A stretch of DNA of 52,163 nt, taken from Candidatus Rifleibacteriota bacterium (GTDB lineage: Bacteria > Muiribacteriota > Ozemobacteria > Ozemobacterales > Ozemobacteraceae). Below, in pieces: positions 10,037 through 20,009 of this stretch (positions within the stretch are counted from its first letter, which is position 1; the number at the start of each line of letters is the position of its first letter). The notes under the pieces are model-generated. The model saw only the letters and a list, made by a program, of their open reading frames with translations, searched no databases and was not told where the DNA came from. The stretch lies in the NCBI GenBank assembly GCA_051747585.1, contig JBNJGH010000009.1:1-52163 (forward strand), in the 5' to 3' direction. A program made the position numbers and the translations under genes.

Positions 10037-11136
10037 TTTTTGTTCTCCGCATTAAGAGATTGATAATCAAAAAAAGTATGGCAATGTGGCACAAAAATTT
10101 CCTTGAATCTTCTTATAGCATAATCATCGGTCATGCTGGCAAGATAGTCAACCAGAGTTCTGTTAAAACTTTGGTTTTCAAGTATTGGTACGGTTCTGTG
10201 GTTGTAAAGTTCATCAGGATTTTTAATAAGCCAGTCAGCCATTTGCCGCAACAGATTTTTTGATTTTTGTACGGCATTGTCTATTTCGGGCCTGCAATAA
10301 ACCTCATTGTATAAAAACTTTTTAAGCTCTTCGGTGGCTTGGGCAATAGGGGTGCTCATGCTTATTATGTCTTTGTCGGCACTGTTGTCTATAATATCTC
10401 GAACCATAGTGTGAATTCTAACCGAATGGCGTTTTCCCAGTATTTCAAGAGTGGTTAAGGGAAGGTCATTTGAAGTTATGACTCCGGCTCTAATAGCGTC
10501 ATCTACATCGTGATTGACGTAGGCGACAAGATCGGCGACCCTTACGACCTGGGCTTCAGTCGTTAATGGAAGAACCTGCCTTTTCAGGGTGGCAGAGCCG
10601 TGTTTGCCTTTACTGTGCTTGAGAATGCCGTCTAAAACTTCTTTGGTCAAGTTCAAGCCTTCACCGTTTTTTTCGAGTCGTTTGCAGACCCTGACACTGT
10701 GAGAAGCATGATGAAAGCCTTCATCGCTGATTTCATTGAGTACCTCTTCCCCGCCGTGACCGAAGGGGGTGTGACCTAGATCATGACCTAAAGCAATAGC
10801 TTCGGTCAAATCTTCATTCAGCTTCAAACACCTGGAAATACATCTGGCAGTACAAACTACCTCGAGAGTGTGAGTGAGCCTGGTTCTAAAGTGATCGTTG
10901 GTAGGCGAAAGGAATACCTGGGTTTTGTGTTTCAGTCTTCTGAAAGCTTCGCTATGAATTATGCGATCAATGTCTCTTTGAAAGCAGGTTCTAATAAAAC
11001 AGGAATTTTCCTGCTTTTCTCTGCCCCGGCTTTCTCGTGCTTTAAATGCATGCTTTGATAAGCTATTTTGCTCAAGCTCTTCAAAGGAGAGCCTCAGCGA
11101 TGCATCGCTGGTAAGACCGTTTGTTAATTTGTTCAT
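10033..11136 (-). CDS. dgt: Deoxyguanosinetriphosphate triphosphohydrolase-like HD protein
   Basis: [50 protein letters not shown] and DYLASMTD. Confidence 0.95.
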   Translation of the reverse strand: MNKLTNGLTSDASLRLSFEELEQNSLSKHAFKARESRGREKQENSCFIRTCFQRDIDRIIHSEAFRRLKHKTQVFLSPTNDHFRTRLTHTLEVVCTARCISRCLKLNEDLTEAIALGHDLGHTPFGHGGEEVLNEISDEGFHHASHSVRVCKRLEKNGEGLNLTKEVLDGILKHSKGKHGSATLKRQVLPLTTEAQVVRVADLVAYVNHDVDDAIRAGVITSNDLPLTTLEILGKRHSVRIHTMVRDIIDNSADKDIISMSTPIAQATEELKKFLYNEVYCRPEIDNAVQKSKNLLRQMADWLIKNPDELYNHRTVPILENQSFNRTLVDYLASMTDDYAIRRFKEIFVPHCHTFFDYQSLNAENKK

Positions 11137-12434
11137 GAGATAATATCTAAAATCAGTGGCTGAGGTTTGACTTCGTTTTCTGCTATATCAATAGCTTCTT
11201 TTAAACGGTTGATAGCTGCGGTATTGTCTTTTTCCGGGTTGATATGTATTTCTGCGATAACATCGCCTGCATTAACTTTGTCGCCGACATGATGAAGCAA
11301 TTTCAAACCTGCTGCCATATCAATAACAGCTTCTTTGGTTTCTCGTCCGGCGCCAAGCATCATCGCAGCGAGTCCTATTTCTTCGCAATGAATCTTGTTA
11401 ATAAAACCAGATTTATCTGCTTTTAATTCGACAACTTCTTTAGCTGTAGGAAGATTGTCGTAATTTTCTACCGCATCAACATCGCCGCCCTGAATCTTAA
11501 CCATTTTTATGAATTTTTCAAGTGCTAAACCCTTTATTATAACATTCTCAACTTCTATTTCGGCTTCATTGTTTGTTATACCTTTGCCCATTACAAGTGC
11601 CTGGACGGCAAGAGTTCTTATAAGCTGAGTAAAGCCTTTAGGGCCATTGTTATGTAGTGTGTCAATAGCTTCTTTTACTTCGAGAGCATTACCGATCATG
11701 TCGCCCAGGGGCTCATCCATGTTGGTTAATACGGCACAAACCTTACGTCCGGCTTGTTTGCCTATTTTAACCATCAATTGAGCGAGTTTTCGGGCATCAT
11801 TAATGTTTTTCATGAAAGCGCCGCTGCCGACCTTAACATCGAGAACAAGCACCTTGTTGGCTACTGCAAGTTTTTTTGACATTATAGATGCAGCTATAAG
11901 GGGAATTGAATCTACGGTTGCAGTTACATCGCGAAGCGCATAGATTTTTTTGTCAGCCGGAACAAGGTTCCCCGTCTGCCCAACTATTACGACGCCGGTT
12001 GAGTTAACGGCTTCAATGAATTCGTCTTTACTCAGATTGCAGGAAAAACCTTTTATAGCCTCGAGCTTGTCGATTGTTCCTCCGGTGTGTCCGAGGCCAC
12101 GGCCAGACATTTTTGCTACTTTCAGGCCGGCAGCAGCCAATACCGGACCGAGAACCAGGCTCGTTTTGTCACCGACTCCACCAGTTGAATGTTTGTCGAC
12201 GGTTATGCCTTCAATGCCTTCAAGGTCAATCAAGTCGCCGCTGGTTCGCATGATATCGGTCAGCCAATAGGTCTCTTCTTCATCCATGCTTTTAAAATAT
12301 ACGGCCATCAAGAAGGCGGCCATCTGATAGTCAGGAATAGAGCCATCGACATAGCCCTCGATCAAATGTTGAATTTCCTGCTTTGTCAGTTTTTTTCCGT
12401 CTCTTTTGTTCTTAATTATATCGTAGGCTCTCAT
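11133..12434 (-). CDS. pdp: Pyrimidine-nucleoside (thymidine) phosphorylase
   Basis: DKHSTGGVGDK, KMSGRGLGHTGGTIDKLE, YALRDVTATV and SIMSKK. Confidence 0.97.
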   Translation of the reverse strand: MRAYDIIKNKRDGKKLTKQEIQHLIEGYVDGSIPDYQMAAFLMAVYFKSMDEEETYWLTDIMRTSGDLIDLEGIEGITVDKHSTGGVGDKTSLVLGPVLAAAGLKVAKMSGRGLGHTGGTIDKLEAIKGFSCNLSKDEFIEAVNSTGVVIVGQTGNLVPADKKIYALRDVTATVDSIPLIAASIMSKKLAVANKVLVLDVKVGSGAFMKNINDARKLAQLMVKIGKQAGRKVCAVLTNMDEPLGDMIGNALEVKEAIDTLHNNGPKGFTQLIRTLAVQALVMGKGITNNEAEIEVENVIIKGLALEKFIKMVKIQGGDVDAVENYDNLPTAKEVVELKADKSGFINKIHCEEIGLAAMMLGAGRETKEAVIDMAAGLKLLHHVGDKVNAGDVIAEIHINPEKDNTAAINRLKEAIDIAENEVKPQPLILDIIS

Positions 12435-12463
12435 TCTCTTTCCTTCCTTTGGTCTGATGAAGC

Positions 12464-12718
12464 TTATCTTTTTATCTTGATCAAGCGGATATGATTACAC
12501 ATGTAACATCTTTCGAAAAATGGACAGTTCGCACATTTTAACTGATATTCAGGTCGATCTATTTTCATAGACTCAAAGGTCATACCGGTTTGATTCCATT
12601 TGCCAAAATAATCTGTTCCAAAGCATTTGGGTGGGGTAACTTCCTGTTGAGTCGCGGCAGAGGTTTTCTGTGGTGTTTTTGAAGAACCAAGTGTTCCAGG
12701 AGGTGGTTTAAGTTCCAT
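12464..12718 (-). CDS. Small Cys-rich hypothetical protein
   Basis: GGAG RBS upstream; 84 aa with CFG...CxxCxxxxxCxxCxH; co-oriented with pdp. Confidence 0.7.
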   Translation of the reverse strand: MELKPPPGTLGSSKTPQKTSAATQQEVTPPKCFGTDYFGKWNQTGMTFESMKIDRPEYQLKCANCPFFERCYMCNHIRLIKIKR

Positions 12719-12831
12719 ATTGTATTTTCTCCAATATACTGGTTTAAAAAAAATCCTAATTATAATAACATAATGAAGCCTTAGGGTATAGTTTTACAAT
12801 TTGAATCTTTATGTAAATCAGGGAAGTAAGA

Positions 12832-14745
12832 TTGACTAAAATCAAAAAAACATCCGAGTTGGAGCTGCCACAAAAAGAATGTTTCCTTAAGCATTTGTTT
12901 GATTCTGCGTTTCATTCCGTAATCATTTTTGACACAGAAGGTACTATCAGAAAGATTAATGCGACTGCGGAAAAGTGGCTGAAATACAATAAAACTCAGC
13001 TTCTAGGCAAAAAAATTCATGAAAAAATTCATTGTCCCAAGGATTTTCTCCACCTCAAAAAGGAGCTGCCTTCAAAATTAAAAGATTGCTCAGATTTTGA
13101 TTGTCTTATCTTTAGAGCTTCGGGTAAAGAGGTTGACGAGCATAATTTAACCTACATAAGTAGTGAGGGGTATTTTATTCCCGTAAAAGTCAGTATCGTA
13201 CCATTAATTGATTCTGAAGGCGATTTACAAGCCTATGCAGAAATAGCAACTGATCTTACAAGTTTTTATGAAACCCGCAATCGCTTGAAGGTCAGTGAAA
13301 AAACTATGGCAACTATAATTGAATCAGCGGTTGACGGCATTATTATTATTAATGAAAAAGGAATTATTCTGGGTTTTAATCGTGCTGCCGAAAAGATGTT
13401 TATGTTGCCGGCAGAGAAAGCAATCGGAAAAAACGTAACTATACTTATGCCAGAACCTCATAGAAGTAACCATGAATCATATATAGAAAGATATTTAAAA
13501 ACCGATGTCCCTCACATCATTGGAATTGGCCGAAAAGTGGAAGCTGTTAAAAGCAATGGCATGGTTTTTCCAATCGATCTTGCAGTCGGTGAGGTTAAGC
13601 TTGAGGAAGGACGACTTTTTACCGGTTTTGTCAGAGATTTAACCGAAAGTATCAGGCTTGAAAGTGAACGCAACAGCTTTTTTCAAATGTCACTGGATCT
13701 TTTTTGCATTCTTGACCCCAAGGGCAATATAAAAAATGCTAACCCGGTCTGGTTTGATATTCTTGGCTATACGCCCGAAGAAATTCAGGGCCATAATTTG
13801 AAAGAATTTATTCACCCGCAAGACTTTGAGTTGGATTCGGGTATGTTTAATGAAATTTTAAATACAAGTGAACTGGTTAACAAAAATTTTCGTTTCCGGG
13901 CCAAATACGGAGATTATCGATGGATTCTCTGGAATAGTTCCATCGATAGTCGTAATAAGGTGATTTATGGAGTGGCCCGTGATGTAAGCGAGCAATATCA
14001 GATTTTAGCCGAGCTGAAAATGGCAAAAGCAGATGCTGAAAAGTTAAGTGATGCGCGGGGCATGTTTATTGCAAAAATGAGTCATGAATTGAGAACCCCT
14101 TTGAATTCAATTATCGGTTTTTCTGGTATTTTGCAGAAAAACAGTGCCGGTAATTTTACCGACAAAGAATTGCTTTACATTGATCGCATTAAAAGAAATG
14201 GGAAAACTTTGTTGAAGCTCATTAACAGTGTTCTTGAATTTTCGCGGATTGATTCAGGAGCCCTGGAGGTCTATCCCGAAAATGTAAATGTTTCCGACCT
14301 TATTCATGAAATTATCGATTTAATGCAGGTTACTATCGATGAAAAGGACATCAAATTGAATATAAAGTTGCCGCCAAAAGCAGTTTGGTTAAAAACGGAT
14401 ATGGTTAAACTCAGACAGATCATTCAAAATCTGATCGATAATGCTGTTAAATTTTCCGAGGCAGGAGAGGTTTTGATCAGGCTTAAAACTGAAAATAAAA
14501 CAGGCAAACCATTGAGACTCGAAATAGAGGACTCAGGTCCGGGTATTCCCAAAGAAAATCAACAAAGCATTTTTGAAGCCTTTCAGCAGATAGATAATTC
14601 AAGTACACGTAGATATGGAGGAGCCGGGCTTGGCTTGGCAATAGCCAGATCTTTTGCCCAGTTACTGGGCTTTTCTATTCAACTCGAAACCAGACCGGGA
14701 CATGGCTCATGTTTCAGTCTAATTTTTAGCAAAACAGACAGGTGA
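12832..14745 (+). CDS. Cytoplasmic triple-PAS sensor histidine kinase with FixL-type heme-PAS
   Basis: Three PAS domains, H-box MSHELRTPLNSIIG, N-box NLIDNAVKF, G-boxes DSGPGI and GAGLGL. PAS2 reads LMPEPHRSNHESYIERYLKT...IIGIGR. Confidence 0.92.
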   Translation: MTKIKKTSELELPQKECFLKHLFDSAFHSVIIFDTEGTIRKINATAEKWLKYNKTQLLGKKIHEKIHCPKDFLHLKKELPSKLKDCSDFDCLIFRASGKEVDEHNLTYISSEGYFIPVKVSIVPLIDSEGDLQAYAEIATDLTSFYETRNRLKVSEKTMATIIESAVDGIIIINEKGIILGFNRAAEKMFMLPAEKAIGKNVTILMPEPHRSNHESYIERYLKTDVPHIIGIGRKVEAVKSNGMVFPIDLAVGEVKLEEGRLFTGFVRDLTESIRLESERNSFFQMSLDLFCILDPKGNIKNANPVWFDILGYTPEEIQGHNLKEFIHPQDFELDSGMFNEILNTSELVNKNFRFRAKYGDYRWILWNSSIDSRNKVIYGVARDVSEQYQILAELKMAKADAEKLSDARGMFIAKMSHELRTPLNSIIGFSGILQKNSAGNFTDKELLYIDRIKRNGKTLLKLINSVLEFSRIDSGALEVYPENVNVSDLIHEIIDLMQVTIDEKDIKLNIKLPPKAVWLKTDMVKLRQIIQNLIDNAVKFSEAGEVLIRLKTENKTGKPLRLEIEDSGPGIPKENQQSIFEAFQQIDNSSTRRYGGAGLGLAIARSFAQLLGFSIQLETRPGHGSCFSLIFSKTDR

Positions 14746-14749
14746 TTTT

Positions 14750-16006
14750 ATGACTGGCCATATAGAAAGAAAAATGAATATTCTGGTTGTCGATGATGCA
14801 CCGGATAATCTGTTGCTGCTGGAGGTGATTCTTGAAAGTGAAGACTTTAACAGCATTGTTCTGGCTAACTCTGCTGTCGAAGCATACGAGAAATTAAGGA
14901 AATGTAAGGGCGATGCAGCTATAGATATGATTCTTATGGATATTATGATGCCTGAAATAAGCGGCATAGAAGCGATAAAAGAAATCAGGCGTAGCCCTGA
15001 GTATCGGGATATTCCAATCCTTGTTGTCAGTGCACGCTCCGAAACCGATATGCTGGTTGAGGCTTTTAATGCCGGTGCCGTTGATTATTTAACCAAACCT
15101 ATTAACGAACTGGAGCTGATCGCCCGGATAAGGTCAATGCTGAGGCTTAAGTCAGAAACAGACCATCGTAAATTTCATGAAAATGAACTTGAAGAGTTGG
15201 CTCGCCAGCTTGAGCTCAAAAACTTTGAATTGCAGCGCATTCTAGATGAATTACACAGCGACCTTGAGGCGGCTGGTAAAATGCAGCGCAGTCTTTTGCC
15301 CGAACCGGGAATTAAGGTCGATGGCTTTTCCTATGCCTGGTATTTCAAGCCCTGTGAAACTATCGGCGGTGACCTTCTCAATATGGTTCCTTTAAACCCG
15401 GAAATCAGTTCCTTTTTCATTCTCGATGTTTCGGGGCATGGAATCCAATCGGCAATGCTGGCGGTAAGTATTCATAGGATGTTGTCGGCATGGGGCGGAC
15501 AAAACAGCATAGTTAGAAATGCAGATAACAGCTTTAGAACTCCTGATGAGGTTGTTGCCGAACTGAACCGGGAATTTCTGATTCAGAAAAATAATTTTCA
15601 ATATTTTACCATGATTTATGGTCTGCTAAATTCTAAAGAGAATAGCTTGAGCTATTGTAGAGCCGGCCATACTCCATTAATTCTTCAAAATACCGAGGGC
15701 GAAATTTTCGTCAAAGAAGAGGGGAGTATTCCGGTAGGCCTTAATGAAGACGGCTCTTATACAGAATTCAAACTTTATCTGAAGCCCGGAGATAGAATTG
15801 TAGTCTATTCTGATGGAATCACCGAGGCACGGCAAAATAATGAATTTTTTGGCGAGAAAAGATTTTACAATCTTTTGCGTGAAAGTAGAAGTCTTCCGGT
15901 AAAAGAAGCAATTGATTTTATTGTAAATAAGGTAAAAGATTGGATGCAGCAGAGTTCACCGGCAGATGACATTTCTTTGATGATCATAGAGGCCGATAAA
16001 AAATAA
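14750..16006 (+). CDS. Response regulator receiver fused to SpoIIE/PP2C phosphatase (RsbU/RsbP-like)
   Basis: REC motifs (VVDD, MDIMMPEISG, KP), coiled coil, then GGD, DVSGHG, RAGH, YSDGITEA and DDIS. Confidence 0.93.
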   Translation: MTGHIERKMNILVVDDAPDNLLLLEVILESEDFNSIVLANSAVEAYEKLRKCKGDAAIDMILMDIMMPEISGIEAIKEIRRSPEYRDIPILVVSARSETDMLVEAFNAGAVDYLTKPINELELIARIRSMLRLKSETDHRKFHENELEELARQLELKNFELQRILDELHSDLEAAGKMQRSLLPEPGIKVDGFSYAWYFKPCETIGGDLLNMVPLNPEISSFFILDVSGHGIQSAMLAVSIHRMLSAWGGQNSIVRNADNSFRTPDEVVAELNREFLIQKNNFQYFTMIYGLLNSKENSLSYCRAGHTPLILQNTEGEIFVKEEGSIPVGLNEDGSYTEFKLYLKPGDRIVVYSDGITEARQNNEFFGEKRFYNLLRESRSLPVKEAIDFIVNKVKDWMQQSSPADDISLMIIEADKK

Positions 16007-16600
16007 TTACTCTTTAAGCTTGGAGACAGCTTCTTCCAGGAGTTCTGGGGTGTTGATATTCTTTCTTACCCATTCGTCTTCGGTTACTACATGAATTATC
16101 TTGTCCGGATGTAACTGCAGTAATTTGCGTGCACCTTCGTTTTCTGGAATTTCAAAAAAGTCATCCTGCATTGAGCCGGGAAATATGCCGGGATGTCCTC
16201 TTCTAAAATTAATAGAAGGTACTATAATTTTTTCAGGGTTTGCAAGATGATGCTCACAGAGAATACTTATTGTCTCTGATTCTATAAGCGGGTGGTCGAC
16301 AGGCCACAGCATTATTGCATTTTTGTCATCTGCCAGTTCAATGGCTAACTTTATTGAACTCAAAGGGCCACGTTCGGGTGTTTTATTGGTAACCCATCTT
16401 CCACCAGCTTTTTCGACAATAAGTTGGCTTTTTTTATCATCCTGCTGGCCAACAAAAAACAGCTGGGTAAAATACTGCTTATGTTGCTTTAAATTATCAA
16501 TGATTCTTTCAAGAAAACTTTTTTTCCCGATTTTTAGATGTTGTTTTTTCTGCCCCATTCTTTTTGAATAGCCTGCCAACAGACAGATCGAACTTATCAT
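16007..16600 (-). CDS. MobA/MocA-like nucleotidyltransferase (molybdenum cofactor cytidylyltransferase-like)
   Basis: LLAGYSKRMGQKKQ, PVDHP, RRGHP, EGAR and NINTPE motifs. Confidence 0.88.
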   Translation of the reverse strand: MISSICLLAGYSKRMGQKKQHLKIGKKSFLERIIDNLKQHKQYFTQLFFVGQQDDKKSQLIVEKAGGRWVTNKTPERGPLSSIKLAIELADDKNAIMLWPVDHPLIESETISILCEHHLANPEKIIVPSINFRRGHPGIFPGSMQDDFFEIPENEGARKLLQLHPDKIIHVVTEDEWVRKNINTPELLEEAVSKLKE

Positions 16601-16653
16601 TATTGAGGTCCTTTCATGTAAAATGCAAGGCTATATAAAAGTTTACTTAGCCT

Positions 16654-16678
16654 TGGTATAATGTTGATGGAAATCAAC
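16654..16678 (+). promoter_or_regulatory. Extended -10 element followed by a consensus FNR/FixK-type box
   Basis: TGG-TATAAT (16654-16662) immediately followed by GTTGAT-GGAA-ATCAAC (TTGAT-N4-ATCAA at 16664-16677). Confidence 0.5.
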
Positions 16679-16724
16679 TAAATTTGATATATCTTAAGTG
16701 TATAACAAAAAAAGGAGAAGGATA

Positions 16725-18011
16725 GTGTCAACAGAATTAAGCAATATTATTCCTAAAAAAGCCAAAGCTTTATATGAACTGAATATAGATGAAGAAATTA
16801 TTACCAATCTGGTAGTCAAAGAACTTTATGTTCATGGCAAGGAAAATCCGCGTAAACTGGGTAAAACCCTTAAAATCGATACCGAAATTGTTGAAACCGT
16901 CATTTCTAACCTTAAAAAAGGCGAGATTGTCGGTATGGTTGGAGGAACCGGTCTAGGTTCAGATTATCAGTATGGTCTTTACCCCAAAGGAACAGAACGG
17001 GCAAAAAATATACTTGAACGTGACCAGTATATAGGCCCCGCTCCGGTAAGTTTTGATGAATACGTAAGAGTTACCAGAGCCGTTCTGGAAGAAAACAAAA
17101 AAAGTTTTTCGATCAACCAACGCATAATGCAGGAAAAATTTTCTCATCATCTTGGTTATAAAGATGTGTTGTTTAAGATCGGCCAGGCGGTTTGCGCGCG
17201 CAAACCTGCTTTTGTTTATGGTTTCCCCGGAAATGGTAAAACTTTTCTTTGTAGCTCTGTTGTCAAGCTTTTGCCGCCCATGGTCGTTCCTTATGCTGTT
17301 GAAGTAAGCAATCAACTCGTTAGAGTTTTTGATCCAAGCTGTCATCGCCCAATAGAAGATTTTGACATGGATGGATTTGATGAACGTTGGATTCCTATTC
17401 ATCCCCCTCTTATTACTGCAGGCGGTGAATTGACATTGGAAGATCTGGAAGTAAAATACAACAGTAAATTTGGTTGTTTCGATGCCCCCCCTCAGGTTAA
17501 GGCCACCGGTGGTGTTTTGCTTATAGACGACCTTGGTAGACAGCGATGCGAAGTTGAAGAAATATTTAACCGATTTATTATTCCTCTCGAAAATAAGGTC
17601 GACTATCTTGTTCTTGGCGGCCAGCGCATGGAAGTTCCCACCGATGAAATTGTGCTGTTCAGCACGAACCTCGATCCGATGAAAATCGTTGACGATGCAT
17701 TTTTAAGAAGGTTGCCTTACAAAATTAATGTAAGAAATCCAACCGTTGAAGAATATACTGAAATCTGGCAATCAGTCTGCGAGAAGCTGGGTCTTACCTT
17801 TAACCAAGAGAATATTGACCAGGTTCTTACTCATTACAAATCAGACAAAAAAGGTCTCAGAGCAGTTCATCCGCGCGATATTCTCAATATAATCAGAGAT
17901 CGCAAAGTATACCTCGAAAATCCTGATGTAACCATAACCGACGAAGAAATAAAAGACGCCTATGACATATATTTTGTAAGTGATCTAACCCTTGTTGAAA
18001 CAATCGAATAA
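16725..18011 (+). CDS. AAA+ family ATPase with N-terminal winged-helix-like region
   Basis: Walker A GFPGNGKT, Walker B LLIDDLGRQ, sensor-1 FSTN and AFLRR arginine finger; AGGAG RBS before GTG 16725. Confidence 0.88.
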   Translation: MSTELSNIIPKKAKALYELNIDEEIITNLVVKELYVHGKENPRKLGKTLKIDTEIVETVISNLKKGEIVGMVGGTGLGSDYQYGLYPKGTERAKNILERDQYIGPAPVSFDEYVRVTRAVLEENKKSFSINQRIMQEKFSHHLGYKDVLFKIGQAVCARKPAFVYGFPGNGKTFLCSSVVKLLPPMVVPYAVEVSNQLVRVFDPSCHRPIEDFDMDGFDERWIPIHPPLITAGGELTLEDLEVKYNSKFGCFDAPPQVKATGGVLLIDDLGRQRCEVEEIFNRFIIPLENKVDYLVLGGQRMEVPTDEIVLFSTNLDPMKIVDDAFLRRLPYKINVRNPTVEEYTEIWQSVCEKLGLTFNQENIDQVLTHYKSDKKGLRAVHPRDILNIIRDRKVYLENPDVTITDEEIKDAYDIYFVSDLTLVETIE

Positions 18012-18028
18012 AAATACTTGAAACTGAA

Positions 18029-18070
18029 GCGGCAGAACCGGAGTATTTCGTGTTCTGCCGCCATTATTTT
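18029..18070 (+). terminator. Intergenic hairpin, possible terminator or attenuator
   Basis: GCGGCAGAAC...GTTCTGCCGC 10-bp stem followed by a weak U-tract (CATTATTTT). Confidence 0.5.
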
Positions 18071-18084
18071 GTACAGGAGGCATT

Positions 18085-18963
18085 TTGAACTGGCTATATT
18101 TTTTAGAAGTTAGTTTTTCGGGCATATTGGCCGGTTTAATTACCTGGCTGGTCACTCCTGAAGGTAATCCGTGGGATTTGTTCGATAACTTTCAGAAAAG
18201 TCTTCTGGCGAATGGACTTTTTTATGGCTTGTTTGTTGGTTTGGTTTCAGCTATTCCTGTGCTGATTAATGAAAAAAGACTTTCCAAGTGTTTCGGCATA
18301 TTTATTTCGGCTTCAGCAGTTGGACTGGCGGTCATTATGATGTCTACGGTTGTTTACACCATACTGGGTGAACTGGCAATCAATCACCTCATTTTATCTG
18401 TCTCTACTGTAAAATTATTCTGGTGGCTTTTTCTTTCAATAGCTCTTTCCTCTTGTTTCGCAATTTTACATCACAGCATGAAAATATTTTGCCGAGCATT
18501 GATGGGGCTGACACCAGGCTTTCTGATTGCCGGATCTCTGGTTAACAAGTTATTTGTTGCCGAGCAAAACTGGCTGATGGCCTATCTTTTTGTCGGGTTG
18601 ATAATTTCATGTTGTTTTGTTCTTGCCTGGGAACTTCTTAAAGAAGCCTGGCTGGATGAAGAAAGTGGTTCGGGTTTTCTCTTCCGTTATTATCTCGATT
18701 CTCCAGAATATTTTATTGGTGGTTCGGATGACTGCAATTTAAGCATTGATGGTATGCCTGCCCAGCTTTGTGTCATTTTTGAAAAAGAAGGGCTTCATTA
18801 TCTGGAAGTTTTTGACGATAAGTCTATATTGAAAATCAATAATTGCCGTTTTAGATATAGAGTATTAATTGACGGAGATATAATAAAGGCAGGCGACCGA
18901 ACTTTTATTTATCACTCTAAATTCGCCCGATCACGAGACATACTACCCGAAGCGGCGGCTTAA
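18085..18963 (+). CDS. Multi-pass membrane protein with C-terminal degenerate FHA-like domain
   Basis: AGGAGG RBS before TTG; about 6 TM helices; IGGSDDCNLSI...LIDGDIIKAG resembles FHA. Confidence 0.75.
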   Translation: MNWLYFLEVSFSGILAGLITWLVTPEGNPWDLFDNFQKSLLANGLFYGLFVGLVSAIPVLINEKRLSKCFGIFISASAVGLAVIMMSTVVYTILGELAINHLILSVSTVKLFWWLFLSIALSSCFAILHHSMKIFCRALMGLTPGFLIAGSLVNKLFVAEQNWLMAYLFVGLIISCCFVLAWELLKEAWLDEESGSGFLFRYYLDSPEYFIGGSDDCNLSIDGMPAQLCVIFEKEGLHYLEVFDDKSILKINNCRFRYRVLIDGDIIKAGDRTFIYHSKFARSRDILPEAAA

Positions 18964-18974
18964 GGGGCTTTGTA

Positions 18975-19289
18975 ATGGAAGTTGAGCTAGTTTACAAAGA
19001 AAAAGAGAGTGTTATTAAAATAAGCGGTATTTTAAATTTACACTCATTGAAAGATTTTTCTAGAAAGATCAATAATTTTGACCTGGATGGTATTCAAAAA
19101 ATAATTCTTGATCTAAATGAGCTCGAGCATATAGATAGTTCAGGGGTTTCCGGCATTATTCAACTACAGAAACTTCTTATGGAAAATAATATTTACTTGA
19201 AAATTGGTGAAGCAAGTAAAAGGGTCGATCGGCTTTTTTCTCAGATGCATCTGTATGAAATTATTCCCCGTCAGGCTGAATTAGATTGA
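18975..19289 (+). CDS. STAS-domain anti-sigma-factor antagonist
   Basis: ILDLNELEHIDSSGV with the phospho-acceptor Ser; 104 aa. Confidence 0.92.
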   Translation: MEVELVYKEKESVIKISGILNLHSLKDFSRKINNFDLDGIQKIILDLNELEHIDSSGVSGIIQLQKLLMENNIYLKIGEASKRVDRLFSQMHLYEIIPRQAELD

Positions 19290-20009
19290 GCTGTTAAAGT
19301 TTTCAGTTATTTCAGGCCGTTTTTGCTCAATAACAAGTCTTAAAAGCCATTCAAGGCACTCTACCGTAATAATCATCCCCTTGCTTACGCCGAGTTTGAG
19401 GCTTCCTTTTTTTCTTACGGTCAGGGTCATAGAACCAAGCGGTGTGCTTACTACGCCGGTAACCGAGTCAATTCCATGATTTCTCGGGTCAATAATATTG
19501 TAATCCGTATAGCTTTCAATGTGCCCGGCCAGGCGTGCCCTTCTAATTTCTTTTTCTTTGGGGTTGGTTACTACGATAGATTTAATTTGTGCCATTTTTT
19601 CCTGAAGCTGGCTTAACTGTTCGAATTCAAATTCGTAAAGCGAAATTTCAGAGCCTGTCAGGCTTGATAAAGACATGGCAAGGCCTTTTGCCGGTCCGGG
19701 CTTCCCCATGGTAAACATAGCTTGAGAGGTAGCAATAAACTCACAGCTTTCAATCCTTTTAAAAAGAGTGCGGGTAGTGTTGCCGTCTATCAGGTGTTCA
19801 ATTTCAAAAGGAATTATACCGCTGTAGTAACCACGAATTATGTTGCCATCGCAATCACAGTCGTGAAAGCCTGGAGTTTCATTGTCTATGTCAAATTGTT
19901 CGCCTTCCTGCATGATCCGGTTAAAAACTGCATTTATATCTTCTATTTCTGCTTTCCAGCATTTCAGTGATAACGATGATCCCGAAATTTCCAGTTCGTT
20001 TACAGGCAT
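19281..20009 (-). CDS. Hypothetical protein
   Basis: 242-aa ORF with GGAGG RBS; no family recognised. Confidence 0.8.
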   Translation of the reverse strand: MPVNELEISGSSLSLKCWKAEIEDINAVFNRIMQEGEQFDIDNETPGFHDCDCDGNIIRGYYSGIIPFEIEHLIDGNTTRTLFKRIESCEFIATSQAMFTMGKPGPAKGLAMSLSSLTGSEISLYEFEFEQLSQLQEKMAQIKSIVVTNPKEKEIRRARLAGHIESYTDYNIIDPRNHGIDSVTGVVSTPLGSMTLTVRKKGSLKLGVSKGMIITVECLEWLLRLVIEQKRPEITENFNSSI

